Shown here: in pieces, positions 30,301 through 40,126 of the stretch | Layout: each line of letters starts with the position of its first letter | How positions within the stretch are numbered: the first letter of the stretch is position 1 | Assembly: GCA_036676395.1 (NCBI GenBank) | Contig: JAKFCY010000002.1 | Span: 736,001 to 800,000, forward strand | Length of the DNA stretch: 64,000 nt | Source of the DNA: Bdellovibrio sp. | GTDB lineage: Bacteria; Bdellovibrionota; Bdellovibrionia; Bdellovibrionales; Bdellovibrionaceae | Direction of reading: 5' to 3' | Program-made: the position numbers and the translations under genes | Notes under the pieces: model-generated | Database searches by the model: none | Seen by the model: the letters and a program-made list of their open reading frames with translations, nothing else | Told to the model about the DNA's origin: nothing

Positions 30301-30380
30301 ACTCCAGATGACACAATCCCCACGATGAACAAAGCCATCATTGTGGTATTTCCCCGGGAGTTGAACAAACGTATCCTCAT
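27291..30380 (-). CDS. Very large PilX/GspK-like minor pilin with extended C-terminal domains
   Basis: NSRG|NTTMMALFIVG: class III signal lacking Glu+5, as in PilX/GspK; 1029 aa; overlaps the next pilin gene. Confidence 0.65.
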   Translation of the reverse strand: MRIRLFNSRGNTTMMALFIVGIVSSGVYFISNKIITERKLSSQLRKDIHANLALRSITDYIKYGIRKGWCFDAQLLPELPENCVNNFTNQFSTARLMMPLSYAKTLEDLGKTTDPVTNANLFPTLAGKNAVDFMLQSFSITLDLNNLTMGATHPLNRVLTNTRNPLVKGVNIKVSRISNMTLPVNGDEVYIQIITEFTGRDGQPVRTGLEVIGADGQNTATGKQFLREISSFVSNPRELNTFTLILPGSIYLGEATAPIAGHGDMAIPKGSKSDVGMVFNSPIFVNQNIFMDNSGSYTPATFNDVVIIGNGKIKDHNGADFKINEALGVKRHWTDLKTFGGFMRGIDSDGKGDVGLSVLNGVSDSTTLNNDIITFCTNLLRAQSDLNLTKESRLVGVPMSGTVGTNLTETTVRYSFSTMPNALNLFEPQEINNNDGGINCNYNGLNSGDGGLNCSGFSGSPFMNISNKYSDNGGKDASNIWYSIAPAYNLASGTKLVMWANMTWPKPGNDDFLKIPILENSGGDGHAVTINFSAYSKDQFDQAANALTAVSATLNGTHLPKIGTTSATLTTRTARLAQLETTKPTSGGAYASWSDRDEYEDLKDNRFNDDSVAWAQKRFDDAKEDYQKYFDDDYTPVLTEYNLRKEYYENPGQLEIVSTKPSNGFSKRQSAFRNVTIKIINGKYFKYASISPTNRIYNTSGSSDDLYKTTGMSNNAIKDLSIEGMDFSAKKGGYSKRPRSPNNEVTNNPNDGNTGKLADMNNVHYNFSINAADELVFSDRGLDYQANEINLGTYKPLDPAINYEEKIKQCMDSAGGINQDAFKPASFAAADFTSVAVDSWHFAAPDKTVYSDQLFDTNIYSSFGIGSIRGTCTIEPSATIINGFYVCRTLIIKPRSQPLKIIGTFMVLKDFTVDKSALKAGVTWQSIHNQTAVATMKSAGSPPLMRRANNANCSSLYNGTVPFWHPDPGLQILSDRIRCSSTFVLQGKGPPRWTSVDPDCGRIGSSTNTSCLKRIRNFNLIQLERVYGL

Positions 30381-30429
30381 ATGGTACCCCTCAATATATT
30401 ATTGTAGAACATCTAGCTGTAATACAGAA

Positions 30430-30469
30430 GAAAAAAGAAAACCCCCGCCTCAGAATAAGACGGGGGTTT
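30430..30469 (-). terminator. Intrinsic terminator after the 30494-31693 gene
   Basis: Minus strand AAACCCCCGTCT-TATTCTG-AGGCGGGGGTTT followed by TCTTTTTT. Confidence 0.8.
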
Positions 30470-30493
30470 ATTGAAGGGATAGTAAATAAAATA

Positions 30494-31693
30494 CTAGTTG
30501 GCTGTTAAAGCCGAAGTGTAAGGCTGAAACCAAACATCGACAATGTATGCATGTGGATGTTTTTTCGGATTCTTTAAGACGATCGTTGATTTCTCGCGGA
30601 ACTCGACCTTTTCAGCCACAGAACGAACTTGAGATTCGTATTTCAAGTTAATCGACTTAAGCATAGAAGCTAAAGGCACTGTATCTTTTTTAGAGTAAAC
30701 ACCTTTACCTGATTTATCCTTCCAGAGAACAAGTTTTTTGAAAATCGGATCTTTACTGTCGATGATGCCATCTTTATTTAAATCGTGAACAGCTAGTTTT
30801 GCAAAACCATTTTTATGTTCACCTGATTCACCAAAAAGTTCTTGGCTTGAAAGCACTTTACCTTGTTGGTTTGGTAAAGCTAAAAAGTAACCGGCATGAT
30901 TTTTTTCTGGCCAGTAAGTTCTTTGATTGGCACCCATGTTAAATTCAACAACATTATCAAATTTTGGGATTTCTTTGTCTAAGAACACCATTAACGGCGA
31001 GTGGTATCCACCGCAATAACCTTCTTGGCCAGGAAAGCCAGTTTCAATATCAAAGGTTTTGCCATCAGATGACTGATTGATATTAATCGCACTTGATGAA
31101 AGAAGACCCGTATAAGCATAGTAGGCACAGCTTCCGCCAAAACAATGCTCGCCGTTGTTGTTCTGGGGGCCAGCTTCTTGTTCAAATGTAACATTACTTA
31201 CTTTAAAACGCTGTTGCGCTACATTGATTTCAGCCGTGACAGGGTTAACTGAATTGGTAACGGCACTTGGTATATTTAGAGTCACGGTATTACCTGAATA
31301 GGCCGCTCGTGATCCTGAAGGCAGTGTAAACCCTGATAGAGTACTTGTTTGCGTGGCCGCAGCCGAAGTACCCAAGACAGCTGATGCAGGAAAGCGAACC
31401 TTGAATGCTTGTTCTGCGCCATTATCAATGGTGATTTTACCATTCATGATAACAGTACTATTGGGTGCAATAGGATTTGCAACTCCACGCAAGTTAGTGC
31501 CAAAGCACGAAGCTCTGAAGCGAATCGTATAGTTATTTGTACTTGTTCTTTGTGTAGCTCCGGCAACAGACATATCGGCCAGTGGATTTACTGCACCTTC
31601 GCCACCATTAATGGTAAGGTCACTGCCTGCAGCTGATTGCGCTAGCCCTAAAGCTAAAACAAGCGATAATACATTGAGTTTTCCTGATAACAT
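30494..31693 (-). CDS. Secreted protein with C-terminal EF-hand-like Ca-binding domain
   Basis: Signal peptide; HSPLMVFL, ELFG, NGFAKLAVHDLNKDGIIDSKDPIFKKLVLWKD, VDVWF, like the C-terminal domain of hemolysin-type Ca-binding proteins. Confidence 0.65.
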   Translation of the reverse strand: MLSGKLNVLSLVLALGLAQSAAGSDLTINGGEGAVNPLADMSVAGATQRTSTNNYTIRFRASCFGTNLRGVANPIAPNSTVIMNGKITIDNGAEQAFKVRFPASAVLGTSAAATQTSTLSGFTLPSGSRAAYSGNTVTLNIPSAVTNSVNPVTAEINVAQQRFKVSNVTFEQEAGPQNNNGEHCFGGSCAYYAYTGLLSSSAININQSSDGKTFDIETGFPGQEGYCGGYHSPLMVFLDKEIPKFDNVVEFNMGANQRTYWPEKNHAGYFLALPNQQGKVLSSQELFGESGEHKNGFAKLAVHDLNKDGIIDSKDPIFKKLVLWKDKSGKGVYSKKDTVPLASMLKSINLKYESQVRSVAEKVEFREKSTIVLKNPKKHPHAYIVDVWFQPYTSALTAN

Positions 31694-31905
31694 AATTCCC
31701 CCCAGTTATCTCACATACTTAAGTATAGCTGCGTTTTTCAGATTATTTACAAAAAAAAATAAAATTAGCATTTATTCAGTTTTTTCGTTTCATCATGAAA
31801 CAGTACGAAAAATAGTTTGCAGCTGAGATCAAATATAAGACCTAGGTCCGATCATTGTTTTACTTCAATACGTCGATAAATATGGCGGATATATAAGGAT
31901 GTAAA

Positions 31906-33801
31906 ATGAATAAATGGTTTAATAGCAAATTCTACTTCGCATTTTGGATGTTCTTAGCATTAGTACCAATGAAACACGCTTTAGATGTTTCAGCGGAAAT
32001 GGATCGCCAATCGCACAAAACAATTGTCGGCATGCAAGAACAGTCTTCAATGGCAAGTGAGCCAGTTGAAGATCTTTATTCATTTGATGAAAATCAAAGT
32101 GAATTAGCCAATGTCAGCGATGAACAGCTTTTGCAAGTTTTAGAGCTATCGACAGACGAGTATGAGCAGTCGGGTTCAGCTAACCCTTATGCTATTTCTC
32201 CGGCGCAATTAGATTCTTATGACCTGGCTTTACGTGAAAGCTCGGGCTTAAATAATAATTCACCTTTTGATTTTGCAACAATTGCCGGTGAAGAAGCTGC
32301 TGTAAATTATGAAGAAGTAGCAGTCTGCACCAGTAAAAATAAAAACCGTGGAAATATCGAAGCGGTTATTCTTAAAGCCGCTAAGCAAAGCTCTATGATG
32401 GCCAATGCTATCGCAGAACGCAGTCATGAAAGTAAAACTATCCCCCGTAAATGTATAACTCATGTTATGAATAAATTTAACCCAAGCCCTAAATCATTGG
32501 CTCGCTGTCCGGGTGGAATGGGAACAGGACCGGCGCGTGGTGGTGCTAAGCCATGTATTTCTAAAAATTTAGTGAATTTAACATATAACCATTTTACCGA
32601 TGTGGCCGAGTGTTTAAATATCGAAGCCAAAGATCTGTTGCCAAAACTTTCAAATGAATCTGGAGTAATTATCAACACTCTAGGTGCTGGTTGGGATGCC
32701 GGAGTCGGGCAGTTAACTCAATCTGCAATTGAAGAAGTAAATAAACATTACGATCGCTATGTTGCAGAAATGGAAAAAGCGTCGATTAAAAAACCTTCTT
32801 GTATGCGTGTGATGCAGTATAAACCTTATTTAAAAAAGGCCAAAGATGCATTGGCAACACGTTGTTCATTTATCGTTCCGCCAGAAAATCCGATGAAAAA
32901 TATCGTTTACATGGCTGTTTACAATAGAATGAATTTAGATCATTTATTAGGAATCAAATATATCGCCGGTGAATCATTTATTGATAACAATGGTCAAATG
33001 ATTGCCTACACGGGCACACCTTCTGATCGTGTTATAAATGGTAAATTTGGTAATAACCAAATCCAGGAAAAATTCGCCCAGCTGGGTATTTCAGATGTGA
33101 ATTTAGATAATTTAGCAACTATGGTGGCATTTAACGGTTATAATGCGGGGCCAAGTACTGCGTTTAATATGTTAAATGAATATTTAACTAAACGTATTTC
33201 TGCTAAAAAACCACTAACTGAGCGTGATTTCGATTTTCATACGCCAAAAACAGCAACTGATATTGATGGCAAAGTAAAATCTGTAACTGAAATAGCGCGG
33301 TTGAATGTGCGGTCTGCCTTTATTAAAAAGAATGATCCAGATGCAAAAATTAAAGTAAAGCGCGCAAAGGTTTTGCCAGAGAAAATCAGAAAATCACATT
33401 TGCTGACGTTTCCAGAATTTTTAATTTATAATCAAAATAACTTCGATTCTTCAATTTTAAATCCGGCAAATCTGGCAAAAGTAGAAGCTATTCAAGATGC
33501 AGCTGCAAAAGCTAAAGAACGTAATAAATACGAACGTTTTTCATCTTATGGTTCTCCGGGGTATTTATCATCTTTAGCGGCTAAAGATACAGCGCTTAGA
33601 GCAGCTTTTGAAAATTCAGGAGCGGATAAGTATTACTGTTCAAATCCGAATTTCTTAAAAATCAGAGATCATAAAGCTAAGCCACTGGAACCCGAGTTTG
33701 ATGAACCGGTTCCGGCAGCGGTGCAGGATAATGTAAAGGTCGTTAGACCAAGAGTAGAAGCCGTTAATAAAATTAAAGCAGTTCCTAATAAAACTAAATA
33801 A
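31906..33801 (+). CDS. Exported protein with divergent lytic transglycosylase (SLT)-like domain
   Basis: N-terminal hydrophobic segment; SLT-like motifs NESG (catalytic Glu), AGVGQLT, GYNAGPS. Confidence 0.6.
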   Translation: MNKWFNSKFYFAFWMFLALVPMKHALDVSAEMDRQSHKTIVGMQEQSSMASEPVEDLYSFDENQSELANVSDEQLLQVLELSTDEYEQSGSANPYAISPAQLDSYDLALRESSGLNNNSPFDFATIAGEEAAVNYEEVAVCTSKNKNRGNIEAVILKAAKQSSMMANAIAERSHESKTIPRKCITHVMNKFNPSPKSLARCPGGMGTGPARGGAKPCISKNLVNLTYNHFTDVAECLNIEAKDLLPKLSNESGVIINTLGAGWDAGVGQLTQSAIEEVNKHYDRYVAEMEKASIKKPSCMRVMQYKPYLKKAKDALATRCSFIVPPENPMKNIVYMAVYNRMNLDHLLGIKYIAGESFIDNNGQMIAYTGTPSDRVINGKFGNNQIQEKFAQLGISDVNLDNLATMVAFNGYNAGPSTAFNMLNEYLTKRISAKKPLTERDFDFHTPKTATDIDGKVKSVTEIARLNVRSAFIKKNDPDAKIKVKRAKVLPEKIRKSHLLTFPEFLIYNQNNFDSSILNPANLAKVEAIQDAAAKAKERNKYERFSSYGSPGYLSSLAAKDTALRAAFENSGADKYYCSNPNFLKIRDHKAKPLEPEFDEPVPAAVQDNVKVVRPRVEAVNKIKAVPNKTK

Positions 33802-33806
33802 TTCTA

Positions 33807-35210
33807 TTAACTTTGGCGCTGGCGTTTATCAACAGCTAGTGCCGCTTCGCGAATCACTTCAGACATGGTTGGATGCGAGTGAAAAGATCTTGCCAGGTCT
33901 TCACTTGATCCACCAAATTCCATAGCTACCGTAATTTCACCTAACATTTCAGATGCACCAGCGCCCACGATGTGGCCACCTAAGATGCGATCGGTGTGCT
34001 TGTCGGCGATGATTTTTACAAAGCCTTCAGTAGCGCCGCGCGCTTTAGCGCGACCATTAGCAGCGAACAAGAATTTACCCACATTAACTTCAAGACCCTT
34101 AGCTTGAGCTTCTTCGGCAGTCATGCCGACAGATGCAATCTCTGGGTGAGTGTAAACAACAGAAGGAACCGTGTTGTAATTCACATGTCCGTGTCCTGTC
34201 GCAATTAGTTCAGCTACGGCTACGCCTTCTTCTTCTGATTTATGAGCTAACATTGGGCCAACAATCACGTCACCTACAGCAAAAATATTTGCAACATTTG
34301 TTTGGTAGTGTGAATTTGTTATTACGCGGCCACGATCATCTTTTTCAATGCCTACAGTTTCAAGACCTAACCCATCTGTGAATGGTTTGCGTCCTGTAGA
34401 AACTAAAACCACATCGCCTTGGATTGTGCCTTTGTTGCCATCTGGCATTGTTTCAAAATCTAATTCAACACGGCCACCGGCAGAGCGTGAACCAGTCACT
34501 TTCGTTGAAGTCTTAAATGTTACGCCCATTTTCTTCATTGAACGTACTAATGTATTTACGCAATCAGTGTCCATCATTGATAAGATTTTATCAGCATATT
34601 CGATCACAGTTACTTTTGAACCTAAACGCGCCCAAACAGAACCTAATTCAAGGCCAATGACCCCGCCACCGACAACTAACATTTCTTTAGGGATTGAGTC
34701 TAAAGCCAGAGCGCCAGTTGATGAAACGATTTTTTTCTCGTCGTATTTTAAGAAAGGTAATTCAACAGGAACCGAACCCGTCGCGATACAAATATTTTTT
34801 GCATTTAATGTTTGTTTTGCGCCATCGTCAGAAGTGATTTCAACCGTATTAGCTGAAGTGATTTTTCCTTTACCAAGAATACGGGTGATTTTATTTTTCT
34901 TAAATAAAAACTCAATACCGCCGGTTAAATCACTAACGATTTTATTTTTACGAGACATCATCGCATCAAGATTCATTTTCACGTCAGTGAATAAAATCCC
35001 GTGTTTATCAAAGTCATGTAAGGCTTCGTGATAAAATTCAGAGCTTTGTAATAAGGCTTTCGAAGGGATACAACCCACGTTTAAACAGGTTCCACCTAAG
35101 GTTTTATCTTTTTCAACAACAGCTGTTTTAAGACCTAACTGGGCTGCGCGAATGGCTCCCGTGTATCCACCAGGTCCGCCACCGATAATAACTAAATCAA
35201 ATTCTTCCAT
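33807..35210 (-). CDS. lpdA: Dihydrolipoamide dehydrogenase (E3)
   Basis: GGGPGGY, GGTCLNVGCIPSK, GGGVIGLE, HPTMSE. Confidence 0.98.
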   Translation of the reverse strand: MEEFDLVIIGGGPGGYTGAIRAAQLGLKTAVVEKDKTLGGTCLNVGCIPSKALLQSSEFYHEALHDFDKHGILFTDVKMNLDAMMSRKNKIVSDLTGGIEFLFKKNKITRILGKGKITSANTVEITSDDGAKQTLNAKNICIATGSVPVELPFLKYDEKKIVSSTGALALDSIPKEMLVVGGGVIGLELGSVWARLGSKVTVIEYADKILSMMDTDCVNTLVRSMKKMGVTFKTSTKVTGSRSAGGRVELDFETMPDGNKGTIQGDVVLVSTGRKPFTDGLGLETVGIEKDDRGRVITNSHYQTNVANIFAVGDVIVGPMLAHKSEEEGVAVAELIATGHGHVNYNTVPSVVYTHPEIASVGMTAEEAQAKGLEVNVGKFLFAANGRAKARGATEGFVKIIADKHTDRILGGHIVGAGASEMLGEITVAMEFGGSSEDLARSFHSHPTMSEVIREAALAVDKRQRQS

Positions 35211-35244
35211 TTTAAATATCTTTCTCGTTCAAAAAAACTAAGTA

Positions 35245-36492
35245 TTAAACTTCAATTAATAATCTTTCAGGATCTTCAATGCCTTCTTTAATTTTCACTA
35301 AGAAAGTGACGGCTTCTTTGCCATCAATAATTCTATGATCGTAGCTAAGTGCTAAGTACATCATTGAGCGAATTTCAACTTTGCCGTTAATCGCCATCGG
35401 ACGCTCTTGGATTTTATGTAAACCTAAGATCGCAGATTGCGGCGCATTTAAAATCGGCGTCGATAATAATGAACCAAATACACCACCGTTAGTGATCGAG
35501 AATGTTCCGCCAGATAAATCATCTATAGAGATTTTTCCATCACGGCCCTTATTAGCTAAATCGCGAATAGCTAATTCAACACCAGCCACTGATAAGTTAT
35601 CAGCATCTTTAACATTCGGAACCATTAAGCCGCGTTCAGTTGATACTGCAATACCGATATTGAAGTAATTGTGGTATTCGATCTCATCACCAACAATCGA
35701 AGCATTTACTGCAGGTAATGCTTTTAAAGCTTCAATTGCAGCTTTAACGAAGAATCCGTTGAAGCCTAAGTTCACGCCGTATTTTTCTTTGAATTTATCT
35801 TTATATTTATTTCTGATCTCGATCACTTTGGTCATATCAACTTCGTTGAAAGTTGTAAGGATCGCAGCCGTGTGTTGAGCCGCAACTAATTTTTCAGCGA
35901 TTTTTTTACGGATGTTTGTCATTTTCACACGTTGAATGTCACCTTGCTTAGAAGGGCCGCGTGGAACCGGAGTTACCGTTGGCGCTGCTGGCGCTTTTGC
36001 TTGCGCAGGAGCTGCTGGAGCAGAAGTTGGAGCGTTTAGCACGTCACCTTTAGTAAGTCTGCCGCCAAGACCAGTGCCTTGTACGTTTGATGTATCTAAA
36101 CCACGTTCGTTAACTACACGTTGAACTGCGGGGGATTGGTGAGCTTGCAATTCCGGATGAGTTGTTTTTCCGCCACCACCGCCAGAAGACGCACCTGCTG
36201 CAGCTTCAGCTTTTGGAGCTGATGACTGAGGCGTCGCCGCGCCTGCAGGAGCTTTTGCATCTGTATCGATCGAACCAACTGTTGCACCAATTTTTACGGT
36301 GTCGCCAGCTTGTGCATTAATAGTAAGTACACCATCTTTTTCTGCGACAACTTCAACTGATGCTTTATCTGTATCTAGCAGCATGATGACTTCATTCATT
36401 TTTACGAATTCGCCAGATTTTTTTGTCCAGCTTCCGATAACTGCTTCTGTAATTGATTCACCAACCGCAGGAACCTTTACTTCTAATTTCAT
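35245..36492 (-). CDS. sucB: Dihydrolipoamide succinyltransferase (E2)
   Basis: Lipoyl DTDKA, E3-binding [38 protein letters not shown]. Confidence 0.97.
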   Translation of the reverse strand: MKLEVKVPAVGESITEAVIGSWTKKSGEFVKMNEVIMLLDTDKASVEVVAEKDGVLTINAQAGDTVKIGATVGSIDTDAKAPAGAATPQSSAPKAEAAAGASSGGGGGKTTHPELQAHQSPAVQRVVNERGLDTSNVQGTGLGGRLTKGDVLNAPTSAPAAPAQAKAPAAPTVTPVPRGPSKQGDIQRVKMTNIRKKIAEKLVAAQHTAAILTTFNEVDMTKVIEIRNKYKDKFKEKYGVNLGFNGFFVKAAIEALKALPAVNASIVGDEIEYHNYFNIGIAVSTERGLMVPNVKDADNLSVAGVELAIRDLANKGRDGKISIDDLSGGTFSITNGGVFGSLLSTPILNAPQSAILGLHKIQERPMAINGKVEIRSMMYLALSYDHRIIDGKEAVTFLVKIKEGIEDPERLLIEV

Positions 36493-36519
36493 TCTAAACC
36501 TCGTGTTTCTTTATTAAAT

Positions 36520-39231
36520 CTAAACTTTAAATACTTTTTCAATAATTTCTGTTTGTTCAATCTTATGACGGTAGATTGAACCAGTTGCAGGACTTGCACG
36601 ATCTGGGCGACCGACATAACCAAACTGAGCTTTTGAACCGATCTCAGTTAACAGTGTCGCAAACTTGAAATACACATAACTGAAAGCACCCATGTTTTGT
36701 GGCTCTTCTTGTGCCCAAATAACTTTTTTAGCATTCGGGTATGATTTCATGATCTTATTCACCTTCCAGTGAGGAAACGGAGAAATCTGTTCTAAGCGAA
36801 CAAGTGCAGTTTTTGTGTCGTTCAATTTTTCGCGTTGTTCTAATAATTCGTAATATAATTTACCAGATACGAACACGACTTTTTCAACTTTAGAATTATC
36901 AGTTAACAGGGTGTCTGCTAATACTTCTTCGAAAGTGCCATTGGCGATTTCGCTGATCATGCTTGTCGCACGCGGGTGACGAAGTAAAGATTTCGGAGAC
37001 ATAACCACTAATGGTTTTCTGAAATCACGTTTCACTTGGCGGCGTAATGCGTGGAAAATTTGTGACGGCGTTGTTAAGTTCACAACTGTCATATTGTTTT
37101 GTGCAGACAATTGTAAAAAGCGCTCTAGTTTTGCAGAACTGTGTTCAGGGCCTTGGCCTTCATAACCGTGAGGTAATAAAAGAACTAAGCCTGACATTTG
37201 TTGCCATTTAGATTCGCCAGCCGCTAAAAATTGATCGATGATAATTTGGGCGCCGTTGGCGAAATCGCCGAACTGGGCTTCCCAGATCGTTAAGAAAGAC
37301 GGGTCAGTGATTGAATTGCCGTATTCAAAACCCATGACGGCGTATTCAGATAAAATAGAATCATAAACGCAGAAATTTGTTTTTTCAGAATTTAATTGTT
37401 TTAACGGAAAGTAAGACTCATTTGTTTTTGTATCGTAAAAACCGGCATGACGGTGAGTGAATGTGCCGCGCACGCAATCTTGCCCCGTTAAGCGCACTGA
37501 TTGGCCTTCGTTAATTAAACTTCCGTAAGCTAAAAGTTCTGCCATGCCCCAGTCGCAAGGTTCTTTGCCTGCGGCTTGTTGTTTACGTTGTTCAATAAGC
37601 TTAGGTAATTTCGGGTGAAGATTAAATCCAGCAGGAACAGTTGCGATTTGTTCGCCGACTTTTTGTAAAGTCGCAAGATCAACTGAAGTCTTTGTTGGTT
37701 TTTCCATGTCTTCGGTTAAACCTTTTTTTAGCCCAGCCCAAGCGCCTTCAAATTTAAAAGTTTTAACTTTCGGAGCTTGTTGTTTTGCAGAGTCGTAAAT
37801 TTTTTGCAGATCGTTCATGCGATCAGTTAATAGAGAATCTGTAAAATTTTGATCGGCAACGTTTGTTGAGACTAATTGTTTCGCGTAGATCTCTCGTAAT
37901 GTCGGATGTTTTTTGATGATATCGTACATTAGCGGCTGAGTGAATGCAGGTTCATCACCTTCATTGTGACCAAATCTACGGTAACACGTTAATGTGATCA
38001 CGATATCGCGACCCCATTCTTGGCGGTAACGAACAGCGATATCCATTGCGCGAACACATGATTCAACATCATCACCATTACAGTGTAATACCGGAATCGC
38101 TAAAGCTTTAGCGACATCAGATGAATAATGGGCGGAACGTGCATTTTCAGGATTAGTGGTAAAGCCGACTTGATTGTCGATAATTAAATGAATTGATCCA
38201 CCCACAGCGTAACCACGAACATGCGCCATTTGTAGAGATTCCATCACAACACCTTGGCCTGCAAAGGCAGCGTCACCGTGAATGATTAATGGAATTACTT
38301 TTTTGCGATCTTTAGTGTCTAGGCGTTTTCTTTGTGAAGCACGAGCCATACCAAGCACAACCGGGCCAACAGCTTCTAAGTGCGAAGGGTTAAATGCTAA
38401 ATGACACTCAACTTTACCAGTTGGTGTGTCTTTAGTTTTTGAATAACCTAAGTGATACTTCACATCGCCGTCGTAATCTTCTAATGGTTTTTCTAATTCA
38501 GTAGGGCCATTGAAATCAGCAAACATAGTGCCGACATCTTTACCCATGAAATTCGCTAATACATTTACGCGACCACGATGGGCCATGCCGACAACGATCT
38601 CTTCAGTTCCCAAAGCTGATGCGCTTGTTACTAAATGATCCATCATCGGAAGCGTGGCATCAGCGCCCTCTACAGAGAAACGTTTTGTGCCAACGTAACG
38701 AGTATGGATAAATTTTTCTAAACTCTCCGCGCGAGTGACTGACTTAAGAATTTCTTTTTTCTGATCGGCAGATAATTTGAAAGTTGGAGAATTTTGTTCA
38801 AATTCTTTGATAAACCAATTTCTAACTTCGGGTAAGGCTTCAGCAAACTGGGCTGTCAATTTACCGCAGTAAGCAGAACGCAAGTGTGCGATAATTTCTT
38901 TTAAAGTTGAATTTGGTTTGCCAACGATAGAGCCGATTTGAAAAGTTTGCTCTAAATCTTTGTCAGATAAATTAAATTTATTTAATTTTAGCTGGTCATT
39001 GTGTGCCGGAGTATTTGTTAACGGATCAATATCAGCTTCGTAATGACCGTAAGTGCGGTAAGCATTAATTAAATTGTAAACATCTAATTCTTTTTCAGAG
39101 ACGCCAAAGGCGCCATCCTTCATGAATTCAACGCCTTCAAAAAAACGTTTCCACTCAAGATCTACAGAATCCGGAGATTTTTTAAATTGGTTGTATAATG
39201 ATTCGATATATTCAAGGTTCAAATGATTCAT
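36520..39231 (-). CDS. sucA: 2-oxoglutarate dehydrogenase E1
   Basis: KRFSVEG, GMAHRGRVN, GDVKYHLG, NPSHLE, HGDAAFAGQG, WEAQFGDF, LPHGYEGQGPEHSS. Confidence 0.98.
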   Translation of the reverse strand: MNHLNLEYIESLYNQFKKSPDSVDLEWKRFFEGVEFMKDGAFGVSEKELDVYNLINAYRTYGHYEADIDPLTNTPAHNDQLKLNKFNLSDKDLEQTFQIGSIVGKPNSTLKEIIAHLRSAYCGKLTAQFAEALPEVRNWFIKEFEQNSPTFKLSADQKKEILKSVTRAESLEKFIHTRYVGTKRFSVEGADATLPMMDHLVTSASALGTEEIVVGMAHRGRVNVLANFMGKDVGTMFADFNGPTELEKPLEDYDGDVKYHLGYSKTKDTPTGKVECHLAFNPSHLEAVGPVVLGMARASQRKRLDTKDRKKVIPLIIHGDAAFAGQGVVMESLQMAHVRGYAVGGSIHLIIDNQVGFTTNPENARSAHYSSDVAKALAIPVLHCNGDDVESCVRAMDIAVRYRQEWGRDIVITLTCYRRFGHNEGDEPAFTQPLMYDIIKKHPTLREIYAKQLVSTNVADQNFTDSLLTDRMNDLQKIYDSAKQQAPKVKTFKFEGAWAGLKKGLTEDMEKPTKTSVDLATLQKVGEQIATVPAGFNLHPKLPKLIEQRKQQAAGKEPCDWGMAELLAYGSLINEGQSVRLTGQDCVRGTFTHRHAGFYDTKTNESYFPLKQLNSEKTNFCVYDSILSEYAVMGFEYGNSITDPSFLTIWEAQFGDFANGAQIIIDQFLAAGESKWQQMSGLVLLLPHGYEGQGPEHSSAKLERFLQLSAQNNMTVVNLTTPSQIFHALRRQVKRDFRKPLVVMSPKSLLRHPRATSMISEIANGTFEEVLADTLLTDNSKVEKVVFVSGKLYYELLEQREKLNDTKTALVRLEQISPFPHWKVNKIMKSYPNAKKVIWAQEEPQNMGAFSYVYFKFATLLTEIGSKAQFGYVGRPDRASPATGSIYRHKIEQTEIIEKVFKV

Positions 39232-39356
39232 GAATTAGCCTCTCAAAACTTTTGCATGATATTTTATGTTTTCGCTCTTGATTGTGTCATAAAGATCAGA
39301 CAAACTTAAGCCAATTTTTCATATATTTTTTCAATTATTTAGAGAGGAAATTTCTC

Positions 39357-40124
39357 ATGAGTAACCCAACAGCTAAAACACACAAATTAGTCATCGTTCG
39401 TCATGGAGAGTCTCAATGGAATCAAGAAAATCGTTTTACTGGTTGGAAAGACGTCGATCTGTCTGAAAAAGGTCGCACAGAAGCGCAAAAAGCTGGCAGA
39501 TCATTGCTAGAGCAAAAGTTCGAATTCGATGTTGCTTACACAAGCTCTTTGACACGAGCTATCAAAACTCTAAATTCAATCCTTTCAGAAATGGATTTGA
39601 ATTGGTTACCGGTGATTAAAGATTGGCGCCTAAACGAACGTCACTATGGCGATTTACAAGGCCTTGATAAAGCAGAAACAGCAGCAAAACATGGTGAAGA
39701 CCAAGTCAAAATCTGGCGCAGAAGTTACGATACTCCTCCTCCGATGATGGCAAAAACAAATCCTGAACATCCGATTCACGATCAACGTTATAAAAACATT
39801 AATCCAGAATTATTGCCTTCGGGCGAATCGTTAAAAGATACCGTGGCAAGATTTTTACCACTCTGGAATGATCAGATTTCTAAAGATGTGTTAGCAGGTA
39901 AAAAAGTTTTAATCGCCGCTCACGGAAATTCACTGCGTGCATTGATCCAACATTTAGAAAAAATGACGCCTGAACAGATTATGGAAGTCAACATGCCAAC
40001 GGGTATTCCGATGATGTATGAACTTGATGACAAATTAAACGTCATTTCTAAAAAATTCATCGGCGATGCTGATGAAGTCGCAAAAGCAATGGAAAGCGTT
40101 GCTAATCAAGGAAAGAAAAAATAG
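39357..40124 (+). CDS. gpmA: 2,3-bisphosphoglycerate-dependent phosphoglycerate mutase
   Basis: VRHGESQWN, LNERHYG, WRRSYD, AAHGNSLRAL; GAGG RBS then ATG 39357. Confidence 0.97.
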   Translation: MSNPTAKTHKLVIVRHGESQWNQENRFTGWKDVDLSEKGRTEAQKAGRSLLEQKFEFDVAYTSSLTRAIKTLNSILSEMDLNWLPVIKDWRLNERHYGDLQGLDKAETAAKHGEDQVKIWRRSYDTPPPMMAKTNPEHPIHDQRYKNINPELLPSGESLKDTVARFLPLWNDQISKDVLAGKKVLIAAHGNSLRALIQHLEKMTPEQIMEVNMPTGIPMMYELDDKLNVISKKFIGDADEVAKAMESVANQGKKK

Positions 40125-40126
40125 TT

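Noticed and set aside
31873..31880. sigma28 -10-like GTCGATAA upstream of the SLT-like gene
   Set aside because: No matching TAAA -35 element at the expected spacing.
34348..35031. 227-aa plus-strand ORF and many other short antisense ORFs (for example 47702-48208, 49801-50495, 58810-59235)
   Set aside because: Shadow frames of well-supported genes on the opposite strand, with no recognisable motifs.
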